The notes under the pieces: generated by a model
Seen by the model: the letters and a program-made list of their open reading frames with translations, nothing else
Told to the model about the DNA's origin: nothing
The model's database searches: none
Shown here: piece by piece, positions 13,079 to 25,988 of the stretch
Layout of the letters: every line of letters starts with the position of its first letter
How positions within the stretch are numbered: position 1 is the stretch's first letter
Assembly: GCF_018350175.1 (NCBI RefSeq)
Contig: NC_058383.1
Span: 21,764,001 to 21,828,000 of the forward strand
DNA: 64,000 nt
Origin: Felis catus
Lineage: Eukaryota
Direction: 5' to 3'
Position numbers and translations under genes: made by a program

Positions 13079-14181
13079 GGCTGGGTGGGCACCTGGGTGG
13101 CTCAGTCAGTTAAGCGTTCAACTTCAGCTCAGGTCATTGATCTCATGGTTCATGAGTTCAAGCCCAATGTTGAGCTCTGTGCTGACAGCTCAGAGCCTGG
13201 AGCCTGCTTCAGATTCTGTCTCTCTCTCTCTCTCAAAAATAAATAAACATTAAAATTAAAAAAAAAGCTGGGGTGCCTGGGTGGCTCAGTCGGTTGAGCG
13301 TCCAACTCGATTTTGGGTCAGGTCATGATCCCAGGGTGGTGGGAGTGAGCCCTTTGTCAGGCTCTGAGCTAAGCGTGGAGCCTGCTTAAGATTCTTTCCT
13401 TCTGCCCCTCTCCCCACCCTCTAAAATAAAAATAAATAAAACAAAATGTTTTAAAAAAACAGATGAATCTCACAGTTCGTGAGGTTGAACCCCACATGGA
13501 GCTCTGTGCTGACAGCGTGGAGGCTGCTTGGGATTCTCTTTCCCTCTCTCTCTGACCCTCCCCTGCTAGTGCTCTCTTTCTCTCAAAATAAATAAAAATA
13601 AGTAAATAATAATAATTTAATTTAACACTAATAAGTAATTCATTTAAATAAATAAAATAATAAAAGAAAAAAAGATGAAATTAGTTGTCTGAAAACAAAA
13701 TAAAATGCAGAACAAAGAAGTTTCCAAATAGATTTTAACAAGATCAGAGAATATAATTTTGGCCCACTAGAAAATGATTTGGATTTTGTACACACATGCA
13801 TGCACATAATTTTTAATGAAAAGATGGTAAATTATTACTTCAGTTGTGAAAAGGTTTTTAGAAAATCATGAGAAAAAGACTAAAAAGATATTTTATAAAA
13901 AGTGAACAATTTTCAGTTAAGCCACCAATTGCCCATAGAATAAAAGAATTTATCAAAGATAAATTCAAATTTTGAAAAAATAGCAAATTATAGCCAAGTT
14001 ATGTTATGAGACACAACCCAATTAATACTTTAGGTATATTTATTTTTATTTATTTATTTTTTTTAAAGTTTATTTATTTAAGTAATCTCTATACCCAACA
14101 TGGGACTTGAACTCATAACCCCGAGATTAAGAGTTGCATGCTCTACTGACTGAGCCAGCTGGGTGCCCGGAGTCTGTCTAT

Positions 14182-14221
<40 letters not shown>

Positions 14222-17074
14222 GTTTATTTATTTATTTTGAGAGAGACAGAGAGCGAGCAAGGGAGGGGCAGAGAGAGAGGGAGAGAGAGAATCGCAAGCA
14301 GGCTCTATGCTGTCAGCACAGAGCCTGATGCAGGGCTTGAACCCACAAACAGTGAGACCGTGACCTGAACCGAAACCAAGAGTCAGACGCCCTTAGTTTC
14401 AATTCATTGCTTAAAAAAATAAACTGTGGCACAGATTAAAGACAATTTTTTTTTTTACATATGACAAAGAAGAAATTCAGTTAGATATGAAAAAAACTAG
14501 TTTCTCTCATGCCAGATGGTGCTCCAGCTATGTTCAGTAAAAGAAAAAAATCTGGATTTATTGTAATTTCAAAACAGGAGACTGATGTTTCCCTTATTGC
14601 TTCATTCCACCGTCTGACATATGTTGAAAATATTTGTGTTCGTTTTCAGAAGTAGACTCTGCAGAAAGTGTCGTGGATATAGCTGTTAAAATTGTTCAGT
14701 GTATACATTCAAATGCTGTGAATCACCAGCTTATGGACAGGAATAGAAAGCAATAAATGTGATGATCTTGTCTCTCTATCCGTGTTCATCCGTTGGGTCA
14801 CAGAAGAGTTTTACAAAGATTTACTGTGCTGTGAATTCCAAGTGATCTGCTTCAGGGGAACCTGGGTGGCTCAGTTGGTTAAGCGTCTGACTTCGGCTCA
14901 GAGCTGATCTCACGTTTCTTGGTTTTGAGCCCCGCGTTGGGCTCCGCGCTATCAGTGCAGAGCCTGCTTGGGATTCTCTCTCAACCCCTTCTTCATTCAG
15001 GCTTTCTCTCTCTTTCCCAAAATAAATACATAAACTTAAAAAAAAGATTTGCTTGAAAGCAAAGGAATTTTTACCAAATATTTAATAATCAAAGACCAAA
15101 CATGGCAGTGTAATTTATGCTTTCTCACTGATATCACAGTATATATGAATGAGATAAATTTGAAGCTCTAAGGGGACAAAAAACTTACTTGTCACCTGGC
15201 TAGAAGGCTACAAGAATTTACATTGACATGGAAGTTTCTTATAATATATATCAATGATTTATGCAATGACTTAACACGTTTTATAATATGAATATGTGCA
15301 AAAGATTTTTAATTGTAATAACCGGCATTACGTAAATTATCTGCAAAACCTACAAGAAAAATTTGAAGAATGTTTTGCTGGCAATGGTGAACTTACAGTT
15401 ACTTTTCAATGTACGCAACACCCCCTTTACGTCCCATGTAAATGCTGTGTTGACGTGAGTCCGTGAAGTCACATAACTTGGATAGACTTAACTCTAACCT
15501 TGATCTGCTTTTGCTACAAACAATAGTTCTAATAAAGATGAATTTATTTTGTCGATGTGGAAGTGGATATTAAGGGGAAACTTTTTTTTTTTTCTTTTTT
15601 TTGGTACTTGATCCAGTAATTGGAAAACTTTTAAGTATGCTTGGAACAGCTTGAGTATGTGATTTGACTTTTTCAGCTGTAAATATAAATACGGATCAAG
15701 TATTTCCAATAAAAATTTAGCATCCAGATTGAGTTGTGCTGTGAGTATCAAAATACGCCCTGGGTTCCAAAGACTTCTAACAACAAAACCAAAAAGGAAC
15801 ATATCTTAGTAATGATCTTTTAAATATTGAACACATGTTGATATGATGGATTTTTGGAAATATTGGGTGAAGTAAAATGTACCATTAAAATTGATTTCAC
15901 CTGTTCCTACCTTTTTAAATGTGGTTACTAGAAGATTTTAAATTATATGTGTGGCTTGCATTACTATTCTATTTGAACAGCACTGATCTAGAATCCCTCC
16001 CTTATTAGTGCCAGATCCCCTCTGGGGGAATTACTCCCTGGGATTGAACCTGAGGGCAGTTAAGGCACTGGCCTCCTCTCGAAACTCCTACTGTGGAGTC
16101 AGAAGGAGCCAGGTCCAAAGAGGTAGCCATGAACCTGGGTGATCAGATGCTTACTCCTGGAACTTCGATTCTAGAGTAAGTAGTGAAGAGACAGGATTGT
16201 CTGGAAGTGGAAACCAACATGGTGCCAGTGGCAGTGTGTGGACCAGGCCTTTTTAATTCCCCAAACTGTATTGCTGCTGCTAGGGGCGTGGGATGGATGG
16301 ATGCTGGAGAAACCAACACAATGTCCATTACAGAAGTAGAGCCAGAGGAAGATGCTGAATCGGGTGAAGGTGGAGTCAAGCATCAAGTCTGAAGGGTTAG
16401 GGAAGCCTCCAAATAGGCAGTAAGCAAGAAGGACGGAAGGCAGGAAGGCGGAAAGGGGCCTGAGGATGGAACGAGAGTGAATGACGGAGGCGGGTGGTAG
16501 CCGAAAGAAACCGCAGAAAGGTCAGGTAGAATGCGGATAAGGACTCCATGTCTGTCCTAATCAACAGTCTTGCGAAGAAAACCATGCCCTGAGTTATAGA
16601 GTGAATATCTGGGTTAATTCAAGGAAAAAGGATTCTCTGGAACCACAGTGTCATGACAACCGTGAAGGCATTCTACTTTATAGACCGGCTTGTATGGTTC
16701 TCATCAGTGGGGCGGATTCTTTTCTTAACCCGGAGAGATTGAACGGTTCAGGAGCTCAGTCCCTCTGGCTGTTATTTCAGGTTTGAGGAAGGGCCCAACT
16801 TCTACCTGGGCTCCTGCAACTGGTACCCGGTTCTGAGGGCATCTCCCTTCACTCTTGCGCCTGAGTCCCTGTCCTAATGCATTGCTTGGGATGTCACTTA
16901 TTCGTCCCAGAGGCTGGAAATGTTCCTTGCATCTCAACTCAGTGACCACAGCCCTGCTCTGGCTTCTTCCTTCGTTGGAAGCCCAGGCAGCAGTGGGCTG
17001 GACAGACTGACCCACGGCCCCCAGCGTGAGTGATACTACCTGTTCCATTCCTCGGGCAGCGGAATGTCGTGAGA

Positions 17075-17190
17075 GCCAGGACACCTGGCTTCTAGGCCTG
17101 GCTCTGCCACTAGTTGCATGACTTTAGGCAAATCACATCACCTCTCTGGGCCTCAGTTTTCACACCTGAGAAATGAAGGGGTTGCATTAT
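17075..17190 (+). mobile_element. MIR core
   Basis: ggctctgccactagttgcatgactttaggcaaatcacatcacctctctgggcctcagtttt. Confidence 0.7.
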
Positions 17191-17427
17191 ATTAGTGATT
17201 CTCTGCTGTTCATCATTTTTCCCTCCCAAACACAGCCAGCGACGTATATTTACCTAAGACACGCGCACCCATATGCAAACCTCCTGGGTGCTAACTAATC
17301 TCACCCCCTCCTTCCCCACTCAAGAAAACCTATCTGAATGCAGGAGGATGGCAAAGACAGTTTGACTGCATTTTTATTAATATTACAAATAATACTCCAA
17401 AATCTTTTGACTACAATAGAGTTACAC

Positions 17428-18847
17428 TTTTTTTTTAAGTTTATTTATTTTGAGAGAGGGAGAGAATCCCAAGCAGGCTTCATGCTGTTAGCACAGAGCC
17501 CTATGTGGGGCCTGAACCCATGAACCACGAGATCATGACCTGAGCTGAAATTAAGAGACGCCCAATCAACTGAGCCACCCAGGTGCCCCCAGAGCTACAC
17601 TTGATGAGGGTTTTAATTTTTTCATTTTTTAATGTTTTTTTATTTTTGAGAGAGAGAGAGACAGAGTGTGAGTGGGGCAAGGGCAGAGAGAGAGAGGGAG
17701 ACACAGAATCTGAAGCAGGTTCCAGGCTCTGAGCTGTCAGCACAGAGCCCGACGCAGGGCTTGAACTCAGAGACTGCAAGATCATGACCTGAGCCAGAGT
17801 CTGATGCTTAACTGATTGAGTCACCCAGGTGCCCCAACACTTAATGAGGTTTTAATTACCCACCTTCTGAATAAAAAGTGAGAGACAGGGTCTCTCTGCC
17901 CCTCCCTGCTTGCTCTCTCCCTCTCTATCTCAAAATAAATAAATAAAACTCAAAAAAAAAAAAAGAGAGACAGAGAAGGAGAGAGAGCCCAAGAAGGAAA
18001 AACTCATCACTTCATGAGGACTGAGCGTGATGTAGGAAATGTGGACCTGCCATGGCCTCCACTGGTCTCAGTTTGTAAACCTCCCATCCTGGGAGGTTCC
18101 CATTAAGCTGAGGTTCCCATTATACAAATAGCTTTATTTTTTTTATTTTTATTTTTTTATTTTATTTATTTATTTATTAAAAAAATTTTTTTTAACGTTA
18201 ATTTATTTTTGAGACAGAGAGGGACAGAGCATGAACAGGAGAGGGGCAGAGAGAGAGGGAGGCACAGAATCTGAAGCAGGCTCCGGGCTCCGAGCTCTGA
18301 GCTGTCAGCACAGAGCTCGACGAGGGGCTCGAACTCTTGGACCGCAAGATCATGACCTGAGCCAAAGTCGGACGCTTAACCGACCGAGCCACCCAGGTGC
18401 CCCTTAAATAGCTTTAATACAAAGCCCCTAAATGCAAACCAATGACTTCCACTCAGGTCCAACTAAAGAAACAAAAATCTGTACCGAAGCTGAGAGAAAA
18501 CCTGACAGCATGGTGTCTCCAGTATGGCCTCTTCCTCAGAGATTTTTTTCAAGGGAAACTGTGGGAAATCTGCAGTCCTCACCTTCTACGCTGGCTTACT
18601 GATCTGCGTGTTGCTACAGAATTCTATGTAGTCTTTTTTTTTTTTAAGTTTATTTATTTTGAGAGAGAGAGAGAGAGAGAAGCACAGAGAGAGGGAGAGA
18701 GGGAGAAAGAGAGCAAATCCCAACCAGTCTCCATAAGGCCAGTGCATGGAGCCCAACATGGGGCTTGAACCCATGAAACCGTGAGATCATGACCTGAGCC
18801 AAAATCAAGAGTCAGACGCTTAACCAACTGAGCCACCCAGGCTCCCC
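17428..18847. mobile_element. Cluster of 5 Can-SINEs: 17428-17590(-), 17611-17835(-), 17891-17965(+ tail only), 18133-18403(-), 18634-18847(-)
   Basis: Consensus matches. TSDs acactt(g/a)atgagg and aaatagcttta. Confidence 0.9.
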
Positions 18848-19835
18848 TCAACATAGTTTTATTTACGGGACTCACTACTCACCCTTCACAAGTGCTGGGT
18901 TTGTGCGCCAAGGCTGATGGCTGCTGAGTTAGATGTCTCTGAGGTCTCTCACGGCACCAAGTGCCAGGAATGACCTGCCTTCAGCCCCCCACCCTCTATC
19001 CAGTATAACACCCTAGATTTCAAAGGCTTATAGCAACGACGACGACGACGACCAAAAGGAACATATCTCATTCCTACCTGGTGCTACCCTTCCACACTCC
19101 TGCCTAGGACAAGGTTGTTCTCACAACAATCTTTCTTGCCCACATTTTACGTACCTTGCAGCTGCCCTGCCTCCGTAAGCTGCACGGGGCAGAGATTGTG
19201 TCTAGCTGATTCCCTGCCCTGTTGCCATGGGCACAACAGGTACTTAGGCAAGCAGTTACAGAATACAGGAATGACGAAAAGATTGCATGCAGAACTAAGC
19301 AAACGAAATGATTCCCATCGACCGATCTAGCCCCCCTTTAGCACATGAGTACGTGCTAGTCTTTCTCAGCTTTGATGAGAAACACTCACACAAACACTAA
19401 AAAAACAATTGTCAACCCCACATAATTCTCTCCTAACTTTCGGAGTCAAGGAATTTAAAACACTTGTCCTCATGGTCTCTTTCCCCTTCTCCGCATCCCA
19501 TTTCTCCGCGATCTGGTATCTGCAGCCTCCCCAGGAGTAAAACTGCCTCCACCACCAAGAACCGACGTGTTGCCAAATCCGGTGGACACATTTTTCGTCC
19601 TGGTTTTACTTGCTCTCCTGACTCTAAATGCTAAAAGTGTCTGAATGTCCGTTGAATGCGTTTATGATTCTCGTATAAGCAGGGAGGGGGGCAGAAGTGA
19701 TTTTTGTTTTAAAAACACAGGAAGGACAGTAAAAGTAGATACTGTTTCAGTTTTCGCAAGGTGATCAGTTTAAGGGGAAACTAAAGACAAAACCTTTTAG
19801 AGATTATAGAGATATATTTGTTCAACCACGCCCAT

Positions 19836-19838
<3 letters not shown>

Positions 19839-19879
<41 letters not shown>
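19839..19879. repeat. (CA)n microsatellite
   Basis: Perfect CA run. Confidence 0.95.
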
Positions 19880-19881
<2 letters not shown>

Positions 19882-19984
19882 GTCCCTCCAATGTGTGCCA
19901 GGCACTGGGGAAATAAAATAAGGCAACAGATTTCAAGGAGGGTCACTCTGGTGGTTGCACCATCTACAGTAAGGCAGCGAATTT

Positions 19985-20590
19985 TGAATTTAAAAAATAA
20001 GTAATGAAACTATTGACGTGTCATATTCACATAGGAAACGCCCACATTACAAATGTTCGGTTTGATGAATTTTCACAAACCGAACACACGAGTGTTAAAC
20101 AACACCCGGATCAAGAAACAGAACAATTCCAGGGGCACCTGAGTGGCTCAGTTGGTTCAGGGGCTGACTCGTTTTTGTTTTTTTTTTCAGGGGCTGACTC
20201 TTGATTTCGGCTCAGGTTGTGTCCTCACGGTTCATGAGTTGGAGCCCTGCTTCGGGTCCTCTGCCTCCCTCTCTCTGCCCCTCCCTCGCTTGTGGTCTCT
20301 CAAAAATAAGTGAACGTTAAAAAAAAAATTTTTTTTTTTAAAGAAACAGAACAATTTCAGAATTCCCACTGTCTTCCTCTCTGCTCCGCGGGAAATGCCG
20401 TCCTGGCTTGGAGAGGGTAGATGCATGTTGCCTGCATTGTTCTCTGTCTGGATGGAGACATACAGGAACGCACTGTCATACTCCCTGCTTCTTTTGCCCT
20501 ACACGGTATTTGCAAGATTTATGGATATTGTGGTGAGTAGCTAGCTGTACATCGTTCAATCTCACTGCTGTCAGAGTTCTCTTACAGCAA
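19985..20590 (-). mobile_element. Ancient L1 3' UTR fragment, antisense
   Basis: tgatgaattttcacaaaccgaacacac...acccggatcaagaaacagaac resembles the reverse complement of an L1ME 3' end. Confidence 0.55.
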
Positions 20591-20815
20591 TACTCTCACC
20601 TCCCCACGCGGGCCCTTCCTTCCTGTAATAACGATGGTGCCCTCTGTCTCAGGAACATTGCCCACCGCCCTTGCCTGTTTTTTTCTCCATACCTCTTATT
20701 GCCATCTAACATACTACACATTTTACTTGTTTCTTTTCTTATTTGCCCCTTGCCTAGAATGTAAGTTCCACGGCGTCAGATAAGCGTTCGACGAATCCTT
20801 TTTGAATAAATGAAC
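20590..20815 (+). mobile_element. L2 3' end
   Basis: ctagaatgtaagttccac...ttgaataaatgaa. Confidence 0.6.
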
Positions 20816-20979
20816 CTCGGCTACTTGCGCACGGTGCCCAGCATGCTCAGGGCCGGAGGGGATGCCATGGTGCCCAGACAGAACAGATGGGGCAAGAACT
20901 GCAACAAAGTGTCATTTAGCAGGAGAGGCCAACCTGATGTGGAGCCGGCCTGGCTCTCTTACTGTGACATCTGGACCTC

Positions 20980-22330
20980 AACCATGAATACCGATGTGAA
21001 AATCCTACAGAAAATTCTACAGAAATGCTTGCGCATGAATTTCAAAAGTTTATTAGAATCAAAGATGAAAAAAGGTCAAGAAATACCCGTCAACTGGGAA
21101 TATCCCTTGGGGTATTGGGAAATCGGACGTGAACTTCCTGGTTTTACATCCTTTTGTAGTTTGGGGATTCTTAATAATAAGACCCTTTGATTTAATAGCT
21201 AAAAATTAAAGAATCACGTAAAAAAAAAAAAAAGGACAGGGGTGCCTCAGTCGGTTAAGCATCCGACTTCAGCTCAGGTCATGATCTCACGGTTCATGAG
21301 TTCGAGCCCTGCGTTGGGCTCTGTGCTGGCAGCTCAGAGCCTGGAGCCTGCTTCGAATTCTGTGTCTCCCTCTCTCTCTTTCTCTGTCCTTCCCTGCCCC
21401 CCCACTCTCTGTCTCGCAAAAAAAAAAAAAAAATGAATAAACATTTAAAAATGAAAAAAAATTAAAGAACATGCCACAGCTAAGAGTAATTTATCCTTGT
21501 ATTGTAAAAGCTGTTTAATATTTACAAATAGATGTTAAAGTTATCACAAAGCCCTACAAGATTTTGTAAAAATTACAAATTTAGTATTATAATAATAGAA
21601 GAACGTCCCACTTATAGTAGGCACCCAGATATTTCTTGAATGAATGAAAATATATTAAGATGTTATATCATGCCAAGAGGTCAAATAAGAAAAAAAAAAA
21701 AGACATCATTTCACTAATAAATGCCGAAGAAACATTTAAAAAGAACTCAGCATCCTTTCCTGATGAAAACCCTTGGCATGCGTTAAAGAAAAAGGTTTCC
21801 ATCATACGCCTCTCTGCAAACCACTGCAATCTGGCTCTTGCTGGCACCACGCCACGGAAACTGCTTTTCCCCAAGGCGGTCAGTGCCCTACATATCGCCA
21901 AATCCAACGTACTTGGATGGGGACCAATAAATATGTAATGAATTAAAGAAGAAATGATAAAAGACTCTCAGATCCACAGTCAACATCACACTTAAAACAC
22001 CAGGGTTGTCTCTTCAAAGTCGGAAACTAAACCAGGATGTAAGCTACCACTATCAGTTGACATTTTTCTGGAAAGCTCAAGTAAAAACAAGCAAAAAACA
22101 AAAAAAAAAAAAAAAACAAAAAACAAAAAAAAAACCCCACCATGGAGATGGAGATGAAACAAAGTGCCGCTATTGAAAATAAGGAAATAATAATTATCTT
22201 TCTTTGCATGAAACCAAGGAGAATCATCCAAAAATGATCAGAAATAATTAAGAGAGTTCTAGAAGTTTACAAAGTAAGTACACAAAGAGCAATGGTTTCC
22301 CCCGAATGTCAGCAAAGGGAATATCTCTGA
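20980..22330 (+). mobile_element. Ancient L1 RT-region fragments
   Basis: atgaataccgatgtgaaaatccta, taaatgccgaagaaacattt...catcctttcctgatgaaaac and aaagtcggaaactaaaccaggatg. Confidence 0.5.
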
Positions 22331-24049
22331 GATGATTAGTGGTGAGGCAATTGAGAAAGTAAGACATAAAGAAGGCACAGAATCCTACAAACAAGAACAA
22401 CCTAGGTAAGAGTTACAGAATTCCAGGGGTGCCTGGGTGGCTTAGTTGGTTAAGCGTCTGACTCTTGATTTCAGCTCAGGTCATGATCTCGTAGTTCGTA
22501 AGTTCAAGCCCCGCGTTGGGCTCTCTGCTGACAGCTCAGAGCCTGGAGTCTGCTTTAGATTCTGTGTCTCCCTCTCTCTCTGCCCTCCACTGCTTGCGCG
22601 CTCTCTCTCAAAAATAGATAAACATTAACAAAAAGTTACAGAATTCCAGCTTTACAAATGTAAAAAGAGAGTTGTATGGAGGACAGGATTTTTAAAAAAT
22701 TGGCTAAATGTAGGGGTCCCTGGGTGGCTCACTCGGTTGAGCGTCCGACTTCAGCTCAGGTCACGATCTCACAGCTTATGGGTTCCAGCCCCGCGTCAGG
22801 CTCTGTGCTGACAGCTCAGAGCTTGGAGCCTGCTTCAGATTCTGTGCTTCCCTCTCTCTCTGCCCCTTACCCACTCACATTCTGTCTGTCTCTCTCAAAA
22901 ATAAATAAACATTAAAAAAATGTTTTTAGGGGCGCCTGGGTGGCGCAGTCGGTTAAGCGTCTGACTTCAGCCAGGTCACGATCTCGCGGTCCGGGAGTTC
23001 GAGCCCCGCATCAGGCTCTGGGCTGATGGCTCGGAGCCTGGAGCCTGTTTCCGATCCTGTGTCTCCCTCTTTCTCTGCCCCTCCCCCGTTCATGCTCTGT
23101 CTCTCTCTGTCCCAAAAATAAATAAAAAAACATTGAAAAAAAATGTTTTTAATTGGCTAAATGTGAAAAATAAATGATGCTTAGGTTGTGAATTTTCTGT
23201 TAAATTCTAAGTGAGAGGGGCAGCTGGGTAGCCCAGTCAGTAAAGCATTGGACTCTTGATTTCGGCTCAATTCGTGATGTCACAGTACATGAGATCAAGC
23301 CTCGTGTCTGGCTCTGTGCTGAAAGTGTGGAGGCTCCTTGGGATTCTCTCTCTCTCCCTCTCTCTCTGCCTCTCCCTGGCTTGTGCTCTCTTTCTCTCTC
23401 TCTCTCAAAATAAATAAACTTAAAAAAAAATCTAAGTGAGAGAGATGGGCTTGATATCTAGCATCAGGTACAGCTTAACTATGAGACAAGGTCAAGATCA
23501 TTAAAGTGGGGGCTAAAACCATCCTCCAGTTTCCTCATTGCAGTCCCTAATCTCCAGCTGAAGTTCCAGAATTTGTAAGCAGCTGACCGGAGATGGTAGT
23601 TGTGCTTCTCTTGGCAGAGAAGTAACTTGACAAATGTGGCAAAGTGTGTAAACAGGTATATAGACGATGGACAAATAAATTAAACCTGTGGTGTTAATAC
23701 TTTTGTTAGGTTCATCAGTGTTTATTTTATTTAACTTTTTTTTTTGAGAGAGAGACAGCATGAGCAGGGGAGGGATGGAAAAGGGGGGACAGAGAATCCA
23801 AAGTGGGCTCTGTGCTTACAGGCTGACAGCGCAGAGCCTGATGTGGGGCTTGAACTCACAAACCACGAAATTACCTGAGCTGAAGTTGGACGCTCAACCG
23901 CCTGAGCCACCCAGGTGCCCCAGGTTCAGCAGTGTTTATAGTCCTTGTGATTATCTGTGGATTCTACATAGCACGTAAGGTGCGTAACACCTTGAGAGAA
24001 TTTTACATATTTAACGTGCACTGATTTTGAAATGTATTGATTGAAATGT

Positions 24050-25290
24050 ATTGATTGAATTATTACGCTATTCTAGGTACTGGGCATATAGTGATCAAAC
24101 GACAGATGATGTCCCTGCCTTAATAGAGTATAAGCTCTAATCACAGAAGAGCACAGAAAACAAACAAACAAAACCTTCAATGATGTGATTTTTAAAAAGT
24201 AACTGACACTGGGAACAAAAGAAACCTGGTTAAGGGACAGACATGAAAGGGGTATACTTTAGATCTGAGACTGCTCTGAGGAGGCATTTGAGCTGAGATC
24301 AAAAACGTATGAAGGAGCAAATCAGGCAGATTCAAAGCAGTCCATGCTAGGAAACAGAGAGGCAGAAATGAGCCTGGTATGCTCCAGAGTCTGCAAGGCA
24401 ACCACTATGGCTGGAACCGAGCGAGTGATGGGGACTGGAGGTGGAAAGCAAAGCAGGTGCTGGGTCTGACAACCTCGGGGATGGATCTGGATTTGGTCTG
24501 TAATGTGAAGGGAAGCCATTGGAAGGTTTCCAGCATGGGTGTAGTGTGATGTGTTTTATGCTTTAAAAGCCCACGGGGGTGGGGTAGGGCTGCAGCAAGG
24601 AGGGGGTACAAGTGGAAGCAAGCGGGCCAGTTGAGAGGCCCCCATTAAGGAGCCATTAAGGTGGAAGATGATATTGCCTTGGAAGAGAATGGTGCAGTGT
24701 TAACGGAGAGAAGTGGGTATTTGGGAGATCTGCTTTGAAAGTGGGGCCAAAGAACCGAACTATGGATCGACTGGGTGTGGGATGTGCGGCAATGGGAAAT
24801 TAAGGAATTTCTAGGGTTTGGAACAGCACAGCAGGGTAGATGGTGGGAAGATACTGGGACATGTATGTGGAGGGGACATCAAGAATTCTAGCTTGGACCT
24901 GTAAAATGTGTGGTGCCTCTTCGCTACCCAAGCAGAGATGGTGAGTAGGGAGATGGATGTGGGAAACTACAAGTGTGTAGTTTGTAGACAGGATTCACAA
25001 AGACCTAGGACACCAGAAAGAAAGGATTTAAGTGGAGCAGCGCTGAGGTCTGAGGCCTGAACCCCGGGGCATTCCACTATTTAGGGCAAGTGGGGAGAGC
25101 AAGAGGAACAAAGAAAAGATCTGAGAGGGAGCAGGGGTGTCTCCCTGCTCAAAAAAAAGTGATTAATTTCGTGAAATTCTCCTGATGTGTTGAGAAACAT
25201 GAGGGCGGAGACTGGGCCACTGGATTGGCAAACAAGGTCATCAGTGGCTGTCGCTTGGAAAAATTTGACTGGAGTAGGGCCAAAAGTACC
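24050..25290 (-). mobile_element. L2 fragment
   Basis: ttctaggtactgggcatatagtg, gaggaggcatttgagctgagatc and gggaagccattggaaggtttccagca are reverse-strand L2 landmarks. Confidence 0.7.
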
Positions 25291-25941
25291 ACTGAAGATC
25301 TACACAACGTATGTCCAAATATTTAAGCACTATCAATCGAACAAATTGCTAAGTAAAATATGATCTTCCTACCTTGACACATAGATAGTCATCATATATT
25401 GGAAGGCGAGGTTCAATTTAGAATCTCTGATTCCTTGAGCTTCTCCGGAACGAATTGATGGAGAGAGAAGCGGTCCCCCGGCCTTCTCCCCCTTTTTCTT
25501 CCCTGCCTCCAGGCTGAACATCCAAGCTCCACCTGCACGTGCTTCCCCAACCCTGCACCCCAGCAAACAGCCATCTCTCAGGTGTGGAGGTGTGTACCCC
25601 ACATCCCTTGGAACTGGGGAACAGCACCTCAGGGACCCCGAGAACTGGTTCAGGGGACATCAACGGGGAATTCTGGGGTTCTAGGTGCCTTGGATGAGGT
25701 CTGGGAGGGGTATGGCAGAGGGTGGTCCCAGTGGGGACCTCGAAAGCATGGAGCTTGGGCAGTGAAGACAGAATGGGAAAATGTGAGGTAAGGCGGTGGA
25801 GAAAGCAAGTGTAGACAGAGCTCTGAAAGAACTTTTCCTATGATGGAGTAAGAGCTGAAAGGAGAGGGGAAGCCAAAGAAAATGGTCTTAGTTGCATTTT
25901 TTAAACAAAATTTTAAATGTTTACTTTTAAGAGAGAGAGAA

Positions 25942-25988
<47 letters not shown>

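Larger units (their letters stand above)
9313..15045. mobile_element. 13 Can-SINEs nested in Charlie/L1: 9313-9525(-), 10096-10310(+), 10645-10867(-), 11458-11685(-), 12429-12525(+), 12526-13020(-), 12581-12817(-), 13087-13267(+), 13269-13445(+), 13465-13600(+ partial), 14040-14168(-), 14178-14392(-), 14855-15045(+)
   Basis: Consensus heads and tails. Several TSDs, for example cagtattcttt, acttaaaatct and taacgtttatttattt. Confidence 0.9.
8804..15985 (+). mobile_element. Decayed near full-length hAT-Charlie DNA transposon (Charlie5/MER3/MER33-like) with transposase relics, interrupted by nested L1 and SINE insertions
   Basis: The left end ctgtgctccccagtatagtagcctctagg and right end ...tattctatttgaacagcactg are degenerate inverted ends, and the right end is followed by the Charlie-type target atctagaa. 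Transposase motifs are DGAPAM (14515-14532), a VRWL..RVLQRF-like stretch (about 14783-14822) and FLTDITVYMNEINLKL (about 15121-15168). Many stops. Confidence 0.8.
20132..23430 (+). mobile_element. 6 plus-strand Can-SINEs: 20132-20340, 21239-21465, 22425-22635, 22713-22920, 22929-23143, 23217-23430
   Basis: Consensus matches. TSDs aagaaacagaacaatt, agttacagaattccag, aattggctaaatgt and ttctaagtgagag. Confidence 0.9.
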
